Source: Selaginella moellendorffii (Eukaryota > Plantae > Lycopodiophyta). From it: 64,000 bases of DNA. The stretch lies in the NCBI RefSeq assembly GCF_000143415.4, contig NW_003314292.1, positions 252,590 to 316,589 of the forward strand, given 5' to 3'. Below the pieces are notes generated by a model that was not told the origin of the DNA, did no database searches, and was given only the letters and a program-made list of their open reading frames with translations. The position numbers and the translations under genes are program-made. The number at the start of each line of letters is the position of its first letter. Positions within the stretch are counted from its first letter, which is position 1. This document shows, one piece after another, positions 1 to 12,866 of this stretch.

Positions 1-997
1 AGCTTTTGTTTGGAAAGCTGGAAAAGCTCCCGACTTACGAGCTGCACATTCCAAAGAACGAGAAGAAAAAGACGGCCAGTGACACTACTGTAGAGATCGG
101 AGACGACGAAGCAGAAACAGGGATGGTATCAATCGCAGCGCCAGTTGAGGATGAGAGCTCACTTTTGTCGATGCATGATGCGTCAGAGGATCGTAGCAGT
201 AACGACGAGGTACAGGAATCTGTAGCGGATGCAATCATCGAAGACGAACAGGACGAACAGGACGAAGATTGTGATGACGAAGATGGTGACGAGGAAGAAG
301 AAAACTTCGAAACGTCTTCTCTGGCTGTTGGAAGCAAACTTGAAGAATTTGAGGACAGTGAGGAGGAAGACGATGACTTTGGCGACGAGGAAGAACTTGA
401 AAGCTCCGGAGAATGGGTCGAAGAAGAAGAAGATGAAGAAGATGGCGAGGGAGATCATCACGATCAAGCTCTCGAGGCTAGCAGTGACAACACACACTTT
501 GTGGAAGTTGACGTTTCGGTGCCATTGACCGCAGAAGATCTCGGCGGTGATCCAGACGAGGTGATCTTGAGCAGCAACGCGAGAATTCTGGAGCTGGATA
601 CGGAGATAAGCAAGCTCCGGAAGATCGTCAAGAAGAACCGAAAGAAATCGTCGGTGGCAGAGCTGGAGCAGCAGATCCTCAAGCTGCGAGAGGAAAAAAT
701 CGAGCTTTTGGAGAAGCGAGTTCTTGCTCGAATCGTCGCCGCCAGGGAAGCTTTCAAAGCTCGACGCGAGAAGAAGAAACTGGCCGCCGCCGAGGAAGAG
801 TCTTCCAAAAGATCTGGAAGGTATGTTTCTCATGCATTTTTTTTCTTTCGATTCACCACATTGTTTCCAGCGATCGATCAATCGATCGAGCTATTCTTGC
901 TTCCTTGGACTAAAAAAATCGAAGTTTTTTTCGCAGTCGCTTGAGAATGGACGACGAGAAGTTCCGCGAAGTCGTCGCCAAGCACTTCTCGAGATAG
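1..997 (+). CDS. 3' part of an uncharacterised acidic (D/E-rich) coiled-coil protein; 5'-truncated by the window edge
   Basis: Open frame to 820, GT-AG intron 821-936, terminal exon ...RLRMDDEKFREVVAKHFSR with TAG at 995-997. Confidence 0.6.
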
Positions 998-1419
998 AAA
1001 GTAAAAAAACGACGTTGACCCTCACACTGTTAAAACCAGCAAAGAGAGGGAATATACGCCGGCAATTTCTTCTTCCTCGTCAAGATGTGGACTGGAAACC
1101 CTAGCCAGTGAGACATCCATCGATCGAGAGGAGCGCGAGGCGAGCAACGCGCTCACGGAAGAATCTCCGTGAATGCGCCCAAGAGCAGCACTGGATTTGG
1201 CTCCATCCGGCGTGCATTCAAGGCGTCCTCACGCTGGCGCTGGCGCTGGCGCATTCGCCACTCCCAGGTACAAAGATTTCTCGCCCGCCGCGGAGAGTCG
1301 AGGGTGAATCGCTCGAATCCGTGGCCAATCGATGCCCGCACGGCCTGGCGCCGTGGAGCCGAGGGTTTGCTTGCCAGAGCTAGAGGTAGAAAGGAGCTAG
1401 GAAGGGGAAGATCCAGGGA

Positions 1420-3468
1420 ATGGCGGCGCTGGACGGGGAGGAGCGTGTTCTAGCCACGGCACAGCACATTGTGAGATCGCTGGGAACCACAGATGCCACG
1501 ACCGACGACATGATAGAGATCCTCTCCAAGTTTGACAATCGCTTCCACGAGCTCCTCTCCAAGAAGACGATCGCGAGCGCTTCTTCGACGTCGGAGCTCC
1601 CGGATGGCTTCGCGGATAGCCTGGATGCCGCGGAGGAGGTGATCATGCGCTGGGACAAGGCCTCCTCCGACGCTGCGTGGACGAAGATGATCTGGGATTC
1701 GAATGACGACGCTGTGGACTACCTCCACGCCGTGGACGAGGTCCAGAACATCTTGGAGAGCTTGTCACTCTCGCAGAGAAGAGCCGGGGTGGAGCGAGCG
1801 CAGACTTTGCTCCACGTCTCCATGGCTCGGTTGGAGGACGAGTTTAGATGCCTGCTCGAGACGACGAGCGGGCCAGTGGATCCAGAGCGGCTGCTCGACT
1901 CCTTCGCGAGCTCGTCCATGGCTGCTGCTGCGTCCTCGTCTTTCAACTCCAACTGTGACGACGATGGTGAAGGGTCTTCCATCGCGGGGACCTACCGTGA
2001 CGAGGAGGGCGAGAACAGCTCCGACGATGACAACGACGAGGACGTTCCTGTTGCTCGGCCAGTGACCGACTTGAATCCGGTGATCGAGCTCCTGCCACCC
2101 GACGTGGTGGAGAGTCTCAACGATATCGCGAAGAGGCTCGTCCAGGGGCACTGCAAGCTCGAGTGCTGCCAGATTTACGGCAGCGTGAGAAAGGTGGTGC
2201 TGGAGGAGAGCCTACAGCGGCTGGGGATGGACAGGCTCGGCATCGACGAGACGCAGCGGATGCCGTGGGAGCTGCTCCAGAACAAGATCAAGAAGTGGAT
2301 CCAAGTCATGGACGTTGGCGTCAAGGTGCTGTTCGCGAGCGAGCGGCAGCTGTGCGACCAGGTGTTCGAAGGCATCCCCGGCGGGGTGGAGGAGAGCTGC
2401 TTCGCGGAGCTGGCCAAGGGGATCATGATGCAGCTGCTGTGCTTCGGCGAGGCGGTGGCCATCGGCAAGCGGGAGACGGACAAGCTCATCACCATCCTCG
2501 ACATGTACGAGAAGCTGCGGGACTTGCTGCCGGAGATCCACTCCATCTTTTCCGGGGAGAGCTGCCTGAGCGTCCGAGAGGAGGCGTCCGGGGTGCTGCT
2601 GCGGCTGGGGGAGGCCGCCAAGGGGACGTTCGCCGAGTTTGAGAACGCGGTCCAGCGAGATCCTCCAAAGACGCCGGTGCCTCGAGGAGCGCTCCATCCG
2701 CTCACTCGCTACGTGATGAACTACCTGCGCTTCCTCCTGGTTTACGTCGACACGCTCAAGAAGCTCTTCGGGGAGAAGCCGGCGGTGCCAGTGGTTCCCG
2801 GTGACGAGTTTGCTCGCGGCGGCGGTGGCTACTACGGTAGCAGCGACGAGTACTACCACCACCACCACCAGTACTCGAGCGTCCCGGCGGAGAACACGTC
2901 CCCGCTCGCGGTCCAGTTCATCTGGATCATCCACCTCCTCGAGGCCAACTTAGACAACAAGTCCAAGCTCTACAAGGATCTGGCGCTCACGAACCTCTTC
3001 CTCATGAACAACGTGAGATACATCGTCCAGAAGGTGCGTCACTCAGAGCTGAGCTCGCTGCTGGGCGACGACTGGATGCGCCGCCACTCGGCGCAGGTCC
3101 GGCAGCACGCCAAGAGCTACGAGCGATCGGCGTGGGTGAAAGTTCTTGCCTGCCTCAAGGACGAGGGGATACGATCCGGGGGGAGCTTCTCCACCGGGGT
3201 GTCCAAGGCGGTGCTCAAGGAGAGATTCAAGAGCTTCAACAGCGCGTTGGAGGAGATCCACCGGACGCAGTCGGGGTGGTGCGTCCCGGACTCGCAGCTG
3301 CGGTCGGAGCTGCGGATCTCGGTGGCGGAGAAGCTCATCCAGGCGTACCGCGCGTTCCTGGGGCGGTATAAGATCTACCTCGAGAGCGAGAGGAATCCGC
3401 AAAAGTATATCAAGTATACGCCCGAGGAGCTGGAGAAGATGGTGAACGATCTGTTCGGTGGCTCCTAG
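1420..3468 (+). CDS. EXO70: Exocyst subunit Exo70 family protein (intronless)
   Basis: 682-aa ORF with GALHPLTRYVMNYL, LFLMNNVRYIVQKV, KERFKSFN and KYIKYTPEELE motifs. Confidence 0.95.
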   Translation: MAALDGEERVLATAQHIVRSLGTTDATTDDMIEILSKFDNRFHELLSKKTIASASSTSELPDGFADSLDAAEEVIMRWDKASSDAAWTKMIWDSNDDAVDYLHAVDEVQNILESLSLSQRRAGVERAQTLLHVSMARLEDEFRCLLETTSGPVDPERLLDSFASSSMAAAASSSFNSNCDDDGEGSSIAGTYRDEEGENSSDDDNDEDVPVARPVTDLNPVIELLPPDVVESLNDIAKRLVQGHCKLECCQIYGSVRKVVLEESLQRLGMDRLGIDETQRMPWELLQNKIKKWIQVMDVGVKVLFASERQLCDQVFEGIPGGVEESCFAELAKGIMMQLLCFGEAVAIGKRETDKLITILDMYEKLRDLLPEIHSIFSGESCLSVREEASGVLLRLGEAAKGTFAEFENAVQRDPPKTPVPRGALHPLTRYVMNYLRFLLVYVDTLKKLFGEKPAVPVVPGDEFARGGGGYYGSSDEYYHHHHQYSSVPAENTSPLAVQFIWIIHLLEANLDNKSKLYKDLALTNLFLMNNVRYIVQKVRHSELSSLLGDDWMRRHSAQVRQHAKSYERSAWVKVLACLKDEGIRSGGSFSTGVSKAVLKERFKSFNSALEEIHRTQSGWCVPDSQLRSELRISVAEKLIQAYRAFLGRYKIYLESERNPQKYIKYTPEELEKMVNDLFGGS

Positions 3469-3823
3469 GAAAGACAGAGTATAAGACCTAAGGTTTAACG
3501 GCATCTTTTCAGAATCTAGGGTTTAGGTTCATATGAGTTAAAAATCCTAGACTTCCCAAAAGATGCTAGTATTTTTAAAAAAAATGTATATGTATATTCC
3601 TTAATGTACGGATTAAAACAATATCATTCTCATAAAGTGAAAATCGCGAAATTATACATATGAATGCCCAATGTAACTTTTAAATCATTTGCCTCCCCAA
3701 TGACTCCATTGTAAAATTTAACTATATGCTTTTAACATTTCAAAAGCACAGTGTCTATATCGTTCACTATGGCATTGCAGGGATCCACCTGTTACGCTCT
3801 GTAACATGCAAAACCTATTATAA

Positions 3824-4056
3824 TCCCAAAAATGCTAGTATTTTTTAGAATCTAGGGCGTGAAGAGAAGCATCTTTTGGGGAATCTAGGGCTTGCAAAGA
3901 TCGCTCCCAAAAAAAAGTTGGTTTATCAGGAGATTCCACTTCTCCAGTCCCAAAAATGCTAGTATTTTTTAGAATCTAGGGTGAAGAGAAGCATCTTTTG
4001 GGGAATCTAGGGCTTGCAAAGATCGCTCCCAAAAGAAAGTTGGTTTATCAGGAGAT
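3824..4056. repeat. Two-copy tandem duplication, about 124-bp period
   Basis: tcccaaaaatgctagtattttttagaatctaggg...ggtttatcaggagat at 3824 and 3948. Confidence 0.9.
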
Positions 4057-5563
4057 CTTGTTCGCATTTTCGCAGGTATGTGATGCGATTTAGTTCCGAC
4101 GAGGTGAAAGGACGAGCTAATGGAAAAAACGTGGCACGCTAGTGGAGGAAAGAAAGGATCGCTCGCTAGTGGACACCATGATCCGGCGAGAAACGAATAT
4201 GAATCTCTGGGATTTTTTTTTTTTTTTTTTTTTCCTTTCTCTGTCCGTGGGTTCCTCTTTATTTTCTTTCGTGTGTGATTTCCAACCAGACTACCTGGCT
4301 GCCACGGCAAAGTTTTTTCGCGAGATTCATCCGGCCAGCCAGCCAGCAAACACCAAAGGAGTGGCAATAATTGTGGCATCGAAAGGGAAGAACAGTGCGA
4401 GAACAAAACAAAGGTAGGTAACGAGCAAAGTTTTTTTTTTTTTCACTTCTTCCTCGAATGGATCCACTGACTCGAATTTACCCGCAAAGCTTCTTGGACA
4501 GCGCGAGAACAAAACAGGGAGTCTCGCAGAGAGGTAGAAAGTTTCTCACTGCTTCTGCGAGCTCCGAGAATTTTTAATCGTGGAGCTTTTTTGGAGCGAT
4601 TCTCAACTGTCGGTGGCCACTGTTTAGAAAACAGGCAAGTCGTCGACGAACCCTCATTCATTCCCCGATTTTTATTATTCTATGGATTTTCAATGTGGCT
4701 GTTGATGGTTTCTTATATAGTTCTTGCAGAGATTCCAATATCGTTTTGTTTTGGTTGTTTTTTTTTCTCTTCAGGACCACAAGCGACTGTGCTTCACCAG
4801 CTGGGATTGAAAGCCACTTGTAACAACCAACAACAACAGGCACAGTCGCGAAAAAGGCAGAGGAGGAGATAAGAAAAACGAGAAGAAAAATCGATGGATG
4901 TTTGGCCGGAGGCGGACAAAATCTGTACCCGGAAATTTGGAAGAGGTAAAGTAAGCTCTCAACCTTGCTTGAGATCTTGGTTTTCTATGATCGCGCAGGG
5001 CCAAATGGGACCTTTTTCCTGCTGGACGAATTGAAAGATGGGAGCCAAAAAAAAAAAGGAAAGAAAAAGAGAACACAAGGAAGACGACGAACAATTGAGG
5101 AACCCGTGTCTATTATTGCGCGAGGCCGGCCTTCTATCCCATCGCTGTGAGTTGTGTCCGATCTACGCAAAGAGGTACATGGTTTTGGATTCTCGGTTGA
5201 TTTTTCCTGTTTCCTTTTATCTCCAAGCTTGTGGATGTGAATATCCATCCATCTTCTTCCGAGCAACAGGTACTTGGCTTTACGACTTGGTGCGAGCCGA
5301 AAAAATCCGTCTTTTGGTTGACTGACTTTGGATCGCTTCCATCTTTCTTTCTCGGCGCAGTTAATTCGCTCGGACGGACTTCCTGGAGCTAGAATTTCGG
5401 TAGCTCGCTCGAATTGAATACGATCAAAGGTGTGTGTGCACCATTTTTTCAAAGGTTTCTTCCAGGAAAAATTGGTTTTTTCAAGGAAAAATTGGTTTTT
5501 TTTTTCAGGAAAATTTTCTATCTGTGACTCAGAGTTTTCTCCCTCCTTTCCGGGAGAGAATTC

Positions 5564-6055
5564 ATGATGGGGGACAAATGGAGCGGCGGGGTGACCCGAA
5601 TTGTGGACGCCCCGGCCGCCAAGTTGTGGGAGCTAGCCTCGGATTTTTGCGGGCTGTGCAAGTGGATGCCCCTGATCGAGGAGTGCCGGCGCATCCAAGG
5701 CGATGGCGACCGAGCTCCCGGCTGCGTGAGGCTCGTCGTAGGGACCTCCCTCCCGCGCGATGACGGCCAAAAGTCCTGGATCACGGAGAAGCTTGTGGCT
5801 ATGGATCCCAGCGCTCGCTCGTTCACGTATGTTCTCGAGGATGGCAACATCGATCCACTGTCGAGCGGCTACAGTTCCACTTTCACGGTGTCGGCGAGCG
5901 AGCAGGACTCGGCAAAGTCGAGGGTGGAGTGGAGGTTTGAGATCTCGCGCTGCGAGACGAAGAACTCACGCGAAATTATCGAGTTTATGGAGGCTGTTTT
6001 CGCCAAGAACATCGCCTCCCTTGTTCTTGCCGCGTCAGAGTTGCAAGAGAGCTAA
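5564..6055 (+). CDS. START/Bet v1 polyketide cyclase-dehydrase (lachrymatory-factor-synthase-like) protein
   Basis: 163 aa with KW.G, LW...SDF..L.KW.P, PGCVR, W.TEKL..MD and V.W.FE motifs. Confidence 0.85.
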   Translation: MMGDKWSGGVTRIVDAPAAKLWELASDFCGLCKWMPLIEECRRIQGDGDRAPGCVRLVVGTSLPRDDGQKSWITEKLVAMDPSARSFTYVLEDGNIDPLSSGYSSTFTVSASEQDSAKSRVEWRFEISRCETKNSREIIEFMEAVFAKNIASLVLAASELQES

Positions 6056-6672
6056 AGTAAGAAGAATATAATCAATCAACTCTCTCTCTCTCTCTTTCTA
6101 AGCGAGCGAAATCACAAAAAGAATGGGTTGAAATCGTGTTTCGTTCAAAGGGGAAAGCTGGAAGAACGAGTAAAGTACTCCAAAGGATATATATACAGCA
6201 GTACTGTGAAGGCAATGGTCGCACTCGCGGGAATTATATGGTTTCCCTCAATAGAGGGTGATTGTACATGCACACATAGATACCGTTGGAATAAGTAAAA
6301 GGGAGAAAAGACGAAAAAGATACGTGGTGGTCTGCCCTAACTTAGAACAAATGGCCCGAAAAGGTGGCGGCCCCAGCTAGGGTATACGTCTTTGACAGGG
6401 AGAGAAGAATGGAACGCCAAGTACTACACTAGCTAGCGTGGAAAAGCAACGGCCTAGGATAGGGAGGCCTATCTAGGGCTCAGATCTTTTCTACGGCTAG
6501 ATTTCGCCACCACCCTGCGAGGAGAGAAAAAAAGAAGATGACCACTTTAAACTCTCCCATGGGGGAGCGGTACTTTGACAAGGACAATCCTATATATACG
6601 AAGGGTTATAACTCCACAATATCTAAGGCATACCTCCCTCGGCAAATACCTTGGATGTTATCAAATGCTTTT

Positions 6673-8163
6673 GTACGGTGTGTGTCGTTCGACCGTTCCC
6701 ACACTTGAAAGGGATCATCTCCTTTTCCAATCACCGCCGTACTGCCCTAGTCGCTCGCTTTTATCTATAAAAGATGGGAATGCAGGGGCCGTACCGTACG
6801 GGGCGCGGGGGGGGGGGGGGGGGGGGAGGGTTAAAAATTTCCCCCCACGCCGTCCAGCTGGGATTGATTCGCGAGCGGGTCTATCAATCGGTTTCGGAGA
6901 AGGGGAAAGGTGGCGGGGCTTTAGGGCTAAATCGAACTTTGCAACTTGCTACTTGGGTGGCCTGGAGAATCTCGACGAACTTTATATGGAGGTTGAAAAG
7001 TTGCGATTGATTTGCTCGTGGCCTGATTGTCGATGACCTTTTCTTCCTTCCTTTGACACCCGCACACACCCACACACACACACACACACAAACACGAGCG
7101 GACCCAGTTTTATATAATTCCGTGCACTAAGCATGTGATCAACGAGCCCAATGCGTGTGTGAGTCCGAGAAAGACTAGCGACCCTGTGTGATTGTCCTCG
7201 CTCGCTTAGCACTAAAAACATGCCATCCAGCTGATAATAATATCAATTAGCCCAAAACAAGAGGGGAACAAACAACAAGCCCCCAAGATCGCCCGAGATC
7301 TTTGCCTTTATCGTAGCGAACCTTGACAAGGTACCATACACTTGTTTAATCTCTTAGCACATTGTACCTTTTTACCCCATATAAAAATCTATCAAAGCGA
7401 AAGAATCGATCTACGCAATCCGATGCCCAATCAGAATCTTCCCCAACTAAACAAAAATGGCGTGGCCTGGGCCTATCCACGTCGCCGATGTAAGCAACCA
7501 GGGCCGTTGATCTGTCGCATTGTTGATATTTGTATAGCGCAACGTGTGGGACTCTCTAATGGCCAAAAGGCCAAAGAGAAAGAGGACCGCATTATAAGAT
7601 CTAGAGTTTAAAACGTGAATATTTCCGAAGGTCCAAAGTCGTGGGTATCAAAAAAAGGTGCCTTGGAGGATCAATGCTATTGGGTTTAATAAGCCTTGGA
7701 TTAGCCAATGCCCTAAGGGCATAAAGAGTCTTTATCGGTGTGAGTAAGTTAAACTAAACACTGTGGTGATTCGATCTCCAGTTAAATTATTGTTTACCGA
7801 GGTCTTGTTGCGTCTAATTTTTCTTTTTTTCTCTTTTTTCTAATCTATCTACTGGTGCTGAGTTCGATCCACCAACCGCAAGTGGGCGTCCCTTTGATTG
7901 ATCAAAAAAATTTCTTCTCAAACCATGTGATATTTTTTCCACGAGGGGAGGCGTGGCCACTCCCAATGCCAAAGAAATATATATTTCCTAATGTCTCACT
8001 ATATGGAGAAATATGCACACGATACATCTATCAAGTGTCATAGACTTATAGTATAGCCACATCGGTATCGGCCAATGTACGGAAGTGGACCAAAACTTTG
8101 GGCCCCCCGGCTGCACGTAAGCCGCGCAGTACAACGTCCCATCCCCAATCCGACGGAGTACGG
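6673..8163. promoter_or_regulatory. Two clusters of SBP/SPL-type CCGTAC/GTACGG motifs upstream of euAP2
   Basis: Sites at 6673, 6737, 6789, 6794 (palindromic CCGTACGG), 8077 and 8158. Confidence 0.4.
6806..7090. repeat. Poly-G run (about 6806-6830) and CA microsatellite (about 7063-7090)
   Basis: Directly visible. Confidence 0.9.
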
Positions 8164-9779
8164 CGGGCCACGTTCGTCGTCCGCCGTTCGTGTGTTGGGA
8201 CATCTCCTGCCGTCGGATGGAGCCGGATCCGACGGCAGGATTCGTCCACATCGTGGCGGGATCGGGAGTGGGCATCTCGACGGCTGCGAATCCGCCACGC
8301 GGCGGCGCGGGAGTGGCGGAATGCCTCGCCGCTCTGGCCGTTGGATGGGGCCGATCCGACGACCTGGGATTCGCTTTCGGAGATTAGGCCTTATTTTTCG
8401 TTCTTCCTGTGCTGCTCTCGCTGTCTTGCGATAGTCGCCGAGCTAAAAGCGCGCGATCGCAGTGGCCCAGCGCAGAGATTAGCAGCGGCAGTAGCAGCGC
8501 CAGCAATCCAGACTCCAGAGGCAGCGATCAGAGTGAGAGCGAGAGAGAGAGGGAGGAGCGAGCGAGTGAGCGAGAGCGATGAAGTGTGTGAATGAGGGCA
8601 GTACGCACGTCGCGGATTCGCCAGGGGGGAGGAGCTGCGAGAAGAACAAGGGAGGAGGAAGATCAAGAGGAGGGCTTTCTTTCTGGCATTCAAAGATGTG
8701 ATCTTTCTACAGGTGAAAATCACTGCTTGTGACGCTCATCACTCCCATTTTCTTCCAAATCTCTCTTTTCTTTCCTTCTTCTTCCCTTTGTCCCTTCTTC
8801 GCTTCTGCTGCAAACAACAACGCCATCCTTGCTTGTCCCAGCTTTTGCCGGAGGCTTGTCCGAGCTTCTTAATTTGGTTTGCGTTGTTGACCCAATCAAT
8901 CCATCCGTCACCCTTGCTCTTCCCATTTTTTCTCGTCTCGCCATCGATCAATCAATGCCATACTGGGTGATCAGATAGATGCATAGATTTAAGCTTTGCC
9001 ACTTATGGGATCACCGACGAAATATCAGCTTTTCCTTTTCTTCTTTCCACTCCGGCTTTGGCGAGCTGCCTGTCAATTGATCAAACGTTGGCCACTGCTG
9101 CTGTGCTCCAAGGATTCCATTCCATCGCTGTTATGAGCTGAGCTGAGGATTGGAGCCAGCATTCTTTTCTCTCGCTCACTTTTCTCCGTTCTTCTTCCAT
9201 CATTTCCTTCCACACTGCTGCCCGACAACTTGTCACGGCTTCGTTGGCTTCTCGAGTGTTCCGTTCTGCGGCACTCCAGCGCGTTTGTCGATTTGTCCAT
9301 AACCTCCAAGCCCAGACTCCATCCATAGCTATACAAAAAGCTTCCACTTTCTTTGATCATCTCTCCATTTCTTTCTCGAGAGCTTCCATCTTTTCCCTCG
9401 GCCAGTTGCGAACAACTAAGGCAGCTAGCAGACAAATGTGGAAGCTTTAAGAATTGACAAGGGCCTATCTGGTTTTTCTGGTTTTGTACAACAATCCATC
9501 GCTCCCACAGCAAAGAAATGCCGAATTCTCCTCCTCCTCCTCCAAACATCTTCCAACAGTCCTTCCAGCCAAACCAGCGAATGGGATTCTTGAGAGTACT
9601 GCTGGGACTGGGACAGTGGTAGCGAAAGTTTTCTCCGTTTCCTATCTTTATAATCTCTCTGGCTATGGAGGACAGGATGATGGAGAGATAGTCTCGTCGA
9701 GAAGCAGCATAAAAGTGAAAAAAAAGAGACAAGAAACCTTTGAGAAACGAGATCCTAGGAAGGAGTTCTAAGGAAGAAG

Positions 9780-12700
9780 ATGATGTTGGACCTTAACGAG
9801 GCACCGCTGCTAGCGCTTGGAAGTGGTGGTGGTGGCGGTGGTGGCGGTGGTGGCGGCGGTGCCAGTGGTGGAGTGGAAGCTCCTCTCGCTGCCTTGAACG
9901 ATGGAAAGCAACAGCAACTCCTCGGTAGCAGTAGCGTGATAACTCCGCGAGCTGGGAATCAAGGCGACAGTAGTTTGTCCGCCAGGCGGCCAAGAGCTTC
10001 TTCATCTCCAGGATCATCCGTGGATGTCACGATTGGCCTCGCGGCTGGATCAGCAGTAGCAGCAGCAGCAGCAAATCTTCCACTATCCAGTGCTTGCGAT
10101 CAAGTGGAGACCTCGCAAGTGAATTCCGGTACGTCGAGCTCCGCGGTGGTGACGGTGGCCACAACGGGGGGCGGCGGAGGAGGAGGAGCTCGGCTGGAGC
10201 TCCGTGCCGGCGCAGCCACGGAGTCCGGCAGCTCCGAGGATTTCGAGGAGGCGTCCAGCAAGGCAGTGGATCCGGAGCTGGAGGTGTTCGAGGAGATCGA
10301 TGGCGCAGTGAAGCGACAAAGAACCGCGGTTTTGTTCTTCGAGTCGAGAACCACTGCTGGCAGTGGTGGCGAGAGTGGTGGCGGCGGTGGCGGCGGCGGC
10401 TCCGCTGTGGAGCGGAATTGCGCTATATTCGTGTCGTCTCCCTCGGAATCCAGCGACGAGAGCTGCAAGATCCTGGGAGTTGGAGGTCACGCTGGAAGTG
10501 ACACTACTCTCATCGGTGTTAGCGATGGATTCCAATGCAAGGACAAGGCGGCGCTCATCACACGCCAGCTCTTTCCACTCGAGTCGTCGACGTCTCCTTC
10601 GACACACGCCGCCACCACCACGGCGGCGACGCCGACTGGAGCAGCGAGTGTCTATGGATTCGGCGCTGGGAAATCCTCCCCGTGGATGGGATTGGAGTTC
10701 CATCAGCGAGCTTTGTCCGAGACCTCCGGACGACTGAGCGATGTGTGTCAACCGCCAAAGAAGAGCCGGCGTGGCCCGAGATCGCGCAGCTCCCAGTATC
10801 GCGGAGTGACGTTCTACCGGAGAACTGGGCGATGGGAGTCTCATATCTGGTGAGCGATTGTGGATTTCTTTTCTCTTTCTTCAGATCTGGATTCGATCAA
10901 ACTCATGTTTTTCTTGGTTGAATTTGCAGGGATTGCGGAAAGCAAGTGTACTTAGGTGAGCCAACTAAAAAAATGGTTGTTTTTCTTAAACTGATGTGCT
11001 CGAACTTTTTTTTTTTCCAGGTGGTTTTGATACAGCTCACTCAGCTGCCAGGTGAGCGAGTGTTCTATCCATTTCTTTTTTTCAAGTTGGAGGGATCGTT
11101 GTTGGTTCTTACTTTCCTGACGATCTTTTCGATCCAAGTTCTCGTTTTGTCTTCTCTCCTCTGAAGTTCGGATTTGATTGACGTTTGTTTCTCCAGAGCC
11201 TATGACAAAGCTGCTATCAAATTCCGAGGACTGGATGCTGACATAAATTTCAGCCTGAGTGATTACGAAGATGATATCAGACAGGTAAGCAGCAGCAGTA
11301 GCAGCTGCAGCGAGACGCGCGCAGCTCAATCAGATATCGTAAATGGTCTTACAAACTCTCTCCTTTTTTACTCCTGCCTTTGCAGATGGCACACCTCTCG
11401 AAGGAGGAATTCATTCACATCCTGCGTCGTCAAAGCACCGGCTTCTCGCGAGGGAGCTCAAAGTTCCGGGGCGTAACACTTCACAAATGCGGCCGCTGGG
11501 AGGCGAGAATGGGACAATTCCTCGGGAAGAAGTACGTAGTTTTCCTGGCAATCGTTTTTCTCTATCGATCCTCTCAAAAAAATCTCCAGTGTCACTGATG
11601 TTTTAGTACGTTTTCCTTCTTTCAAAGGTACATATACCTGGGACTCTTCGACAGCGAGGTTGAAGCTGCAAGGTAGTATTATCTTATCTCGCAGCGCTTT
11701 TGCGAATCTTTTTTTTCTTTTGTTCGTGACACTAATCTTGCAACTGGCAGTGCAGGGCATACGATCGAGCCGCGATCAGGTGCAATGGAAGGGACGCTGT
11801 GACGAACTTCGATCCCAGCTCGTATGAGAAGGAGGGTCATACGGAAGGAGGCGGTACGTATACGTAACCAGCTCGTCTTTCTTCGTCGTCCTGGTCGTAT
11901 CATCTTTGTTAGTTCGATGCCTTTTCGATCTTGACTGATTGATGGCGACAGAGCATAGTCGTCTTTTTCGTAGAAATCGTGGTGGCAAGTACTACGTGGT
12001 CTTGAAAAGTCCTCTCTCTCAATTGATTTTTTTGGTGTGTCATGCAGGCGTGAGCAGTCATAACTTACAGCTTGATCTTGGGATCTCGCTCTCAAGCCCG
12101 TCTGATCAAAGGCCAGCAGTCGAGGGAGGATCAGACGCTTGGAAGCGAGTGAACTCCTCGGAGACTGGATTGAACTGGCCGGTAAATCAATCTCCCTTTA
12201 TCCATCGTTTTCACTGTGCCAGAACACTAAACACAAACTTGATGCGTGCACAGGCAGCCGAAGCTCCTTATCGCGGCAGCATAGATTCAACGTATCCTTC
12301 ATCGCATCTCGGCCACATCCACGATTCCTCCCCGAGCAAGGTTGGAGGTTTTCTCACTCGGGAGTGTGCTAGCTAAGAGCTTTGACGATGGTGGCTGCAG
12401 GATCATCACCAAGTTACATACAGGCTCGAGGACCGGAATCGCTTGTTCTCACCCCTGCAAGAACACCATCTTCCCCAGCAGCAGGAGCAGAATCACACTC
12501 ACCACCTCCACCACCAACACCAGCAGCATCTAAGTTGGAACCTACATCCGGATCACCACTCGGCCCTCCGGAGCTACAGCGCTCCCGGACCCGGTTTGTC
12601 AGCTCCGACTCCAGCTCTAGCTCCAGCTCCAGGCCATAGTTTTGTAGCTCCATCAGTGGCATTTGGAAGCTCGCAGCAGCACCAGTGGATCGGTGGCCAC

Positions 12701-12866
12701 CCCGCGGGATCGTTCGCCGCCACTCCAGTGTTCCACCACCACCACCACTTTCAGGTATGCAGTGTAGAGTTTCCCCGCGAAGTTAACCATTCGTTGGCGT
12801 TAGGCCACACAGCAACCGGGTGATCTTGCCAACAATGCCCACAGAACCTTGTACCATAGCTCATAG
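9780..12866 (+). CDS. AP2: euAP2-type (AP2/TOE-like) transcription factor with two AP2 domains, multi-exon
   Basis: MMLDLN EAR motif, [31 protein letters not shown], micro-exons DCGKQVYLG and [49 protein letters not shown]; stop inferred at 12864-12866 after the last intron. Confidence 0.92.

Noticed and set aside
4060-5500. Possible spliced gene or lncRNA between Exo70 and the cyclase
   Set aside because: Some splice-like sites, but only low-complexity ORFs and no recognisable miRNA or domain
5564-6055. PYR/PYL ABA receptor
   Set aside because: Lacks the SGLPA gate and HRL latch
12395-12416. CTGCAGGATCATCACC resembling a miR172 target in AP2
   Set aside because: CTGCAG is the intron acceptor, so the match is lost on splicing, and the seed-pairing GATTCT end mismatches
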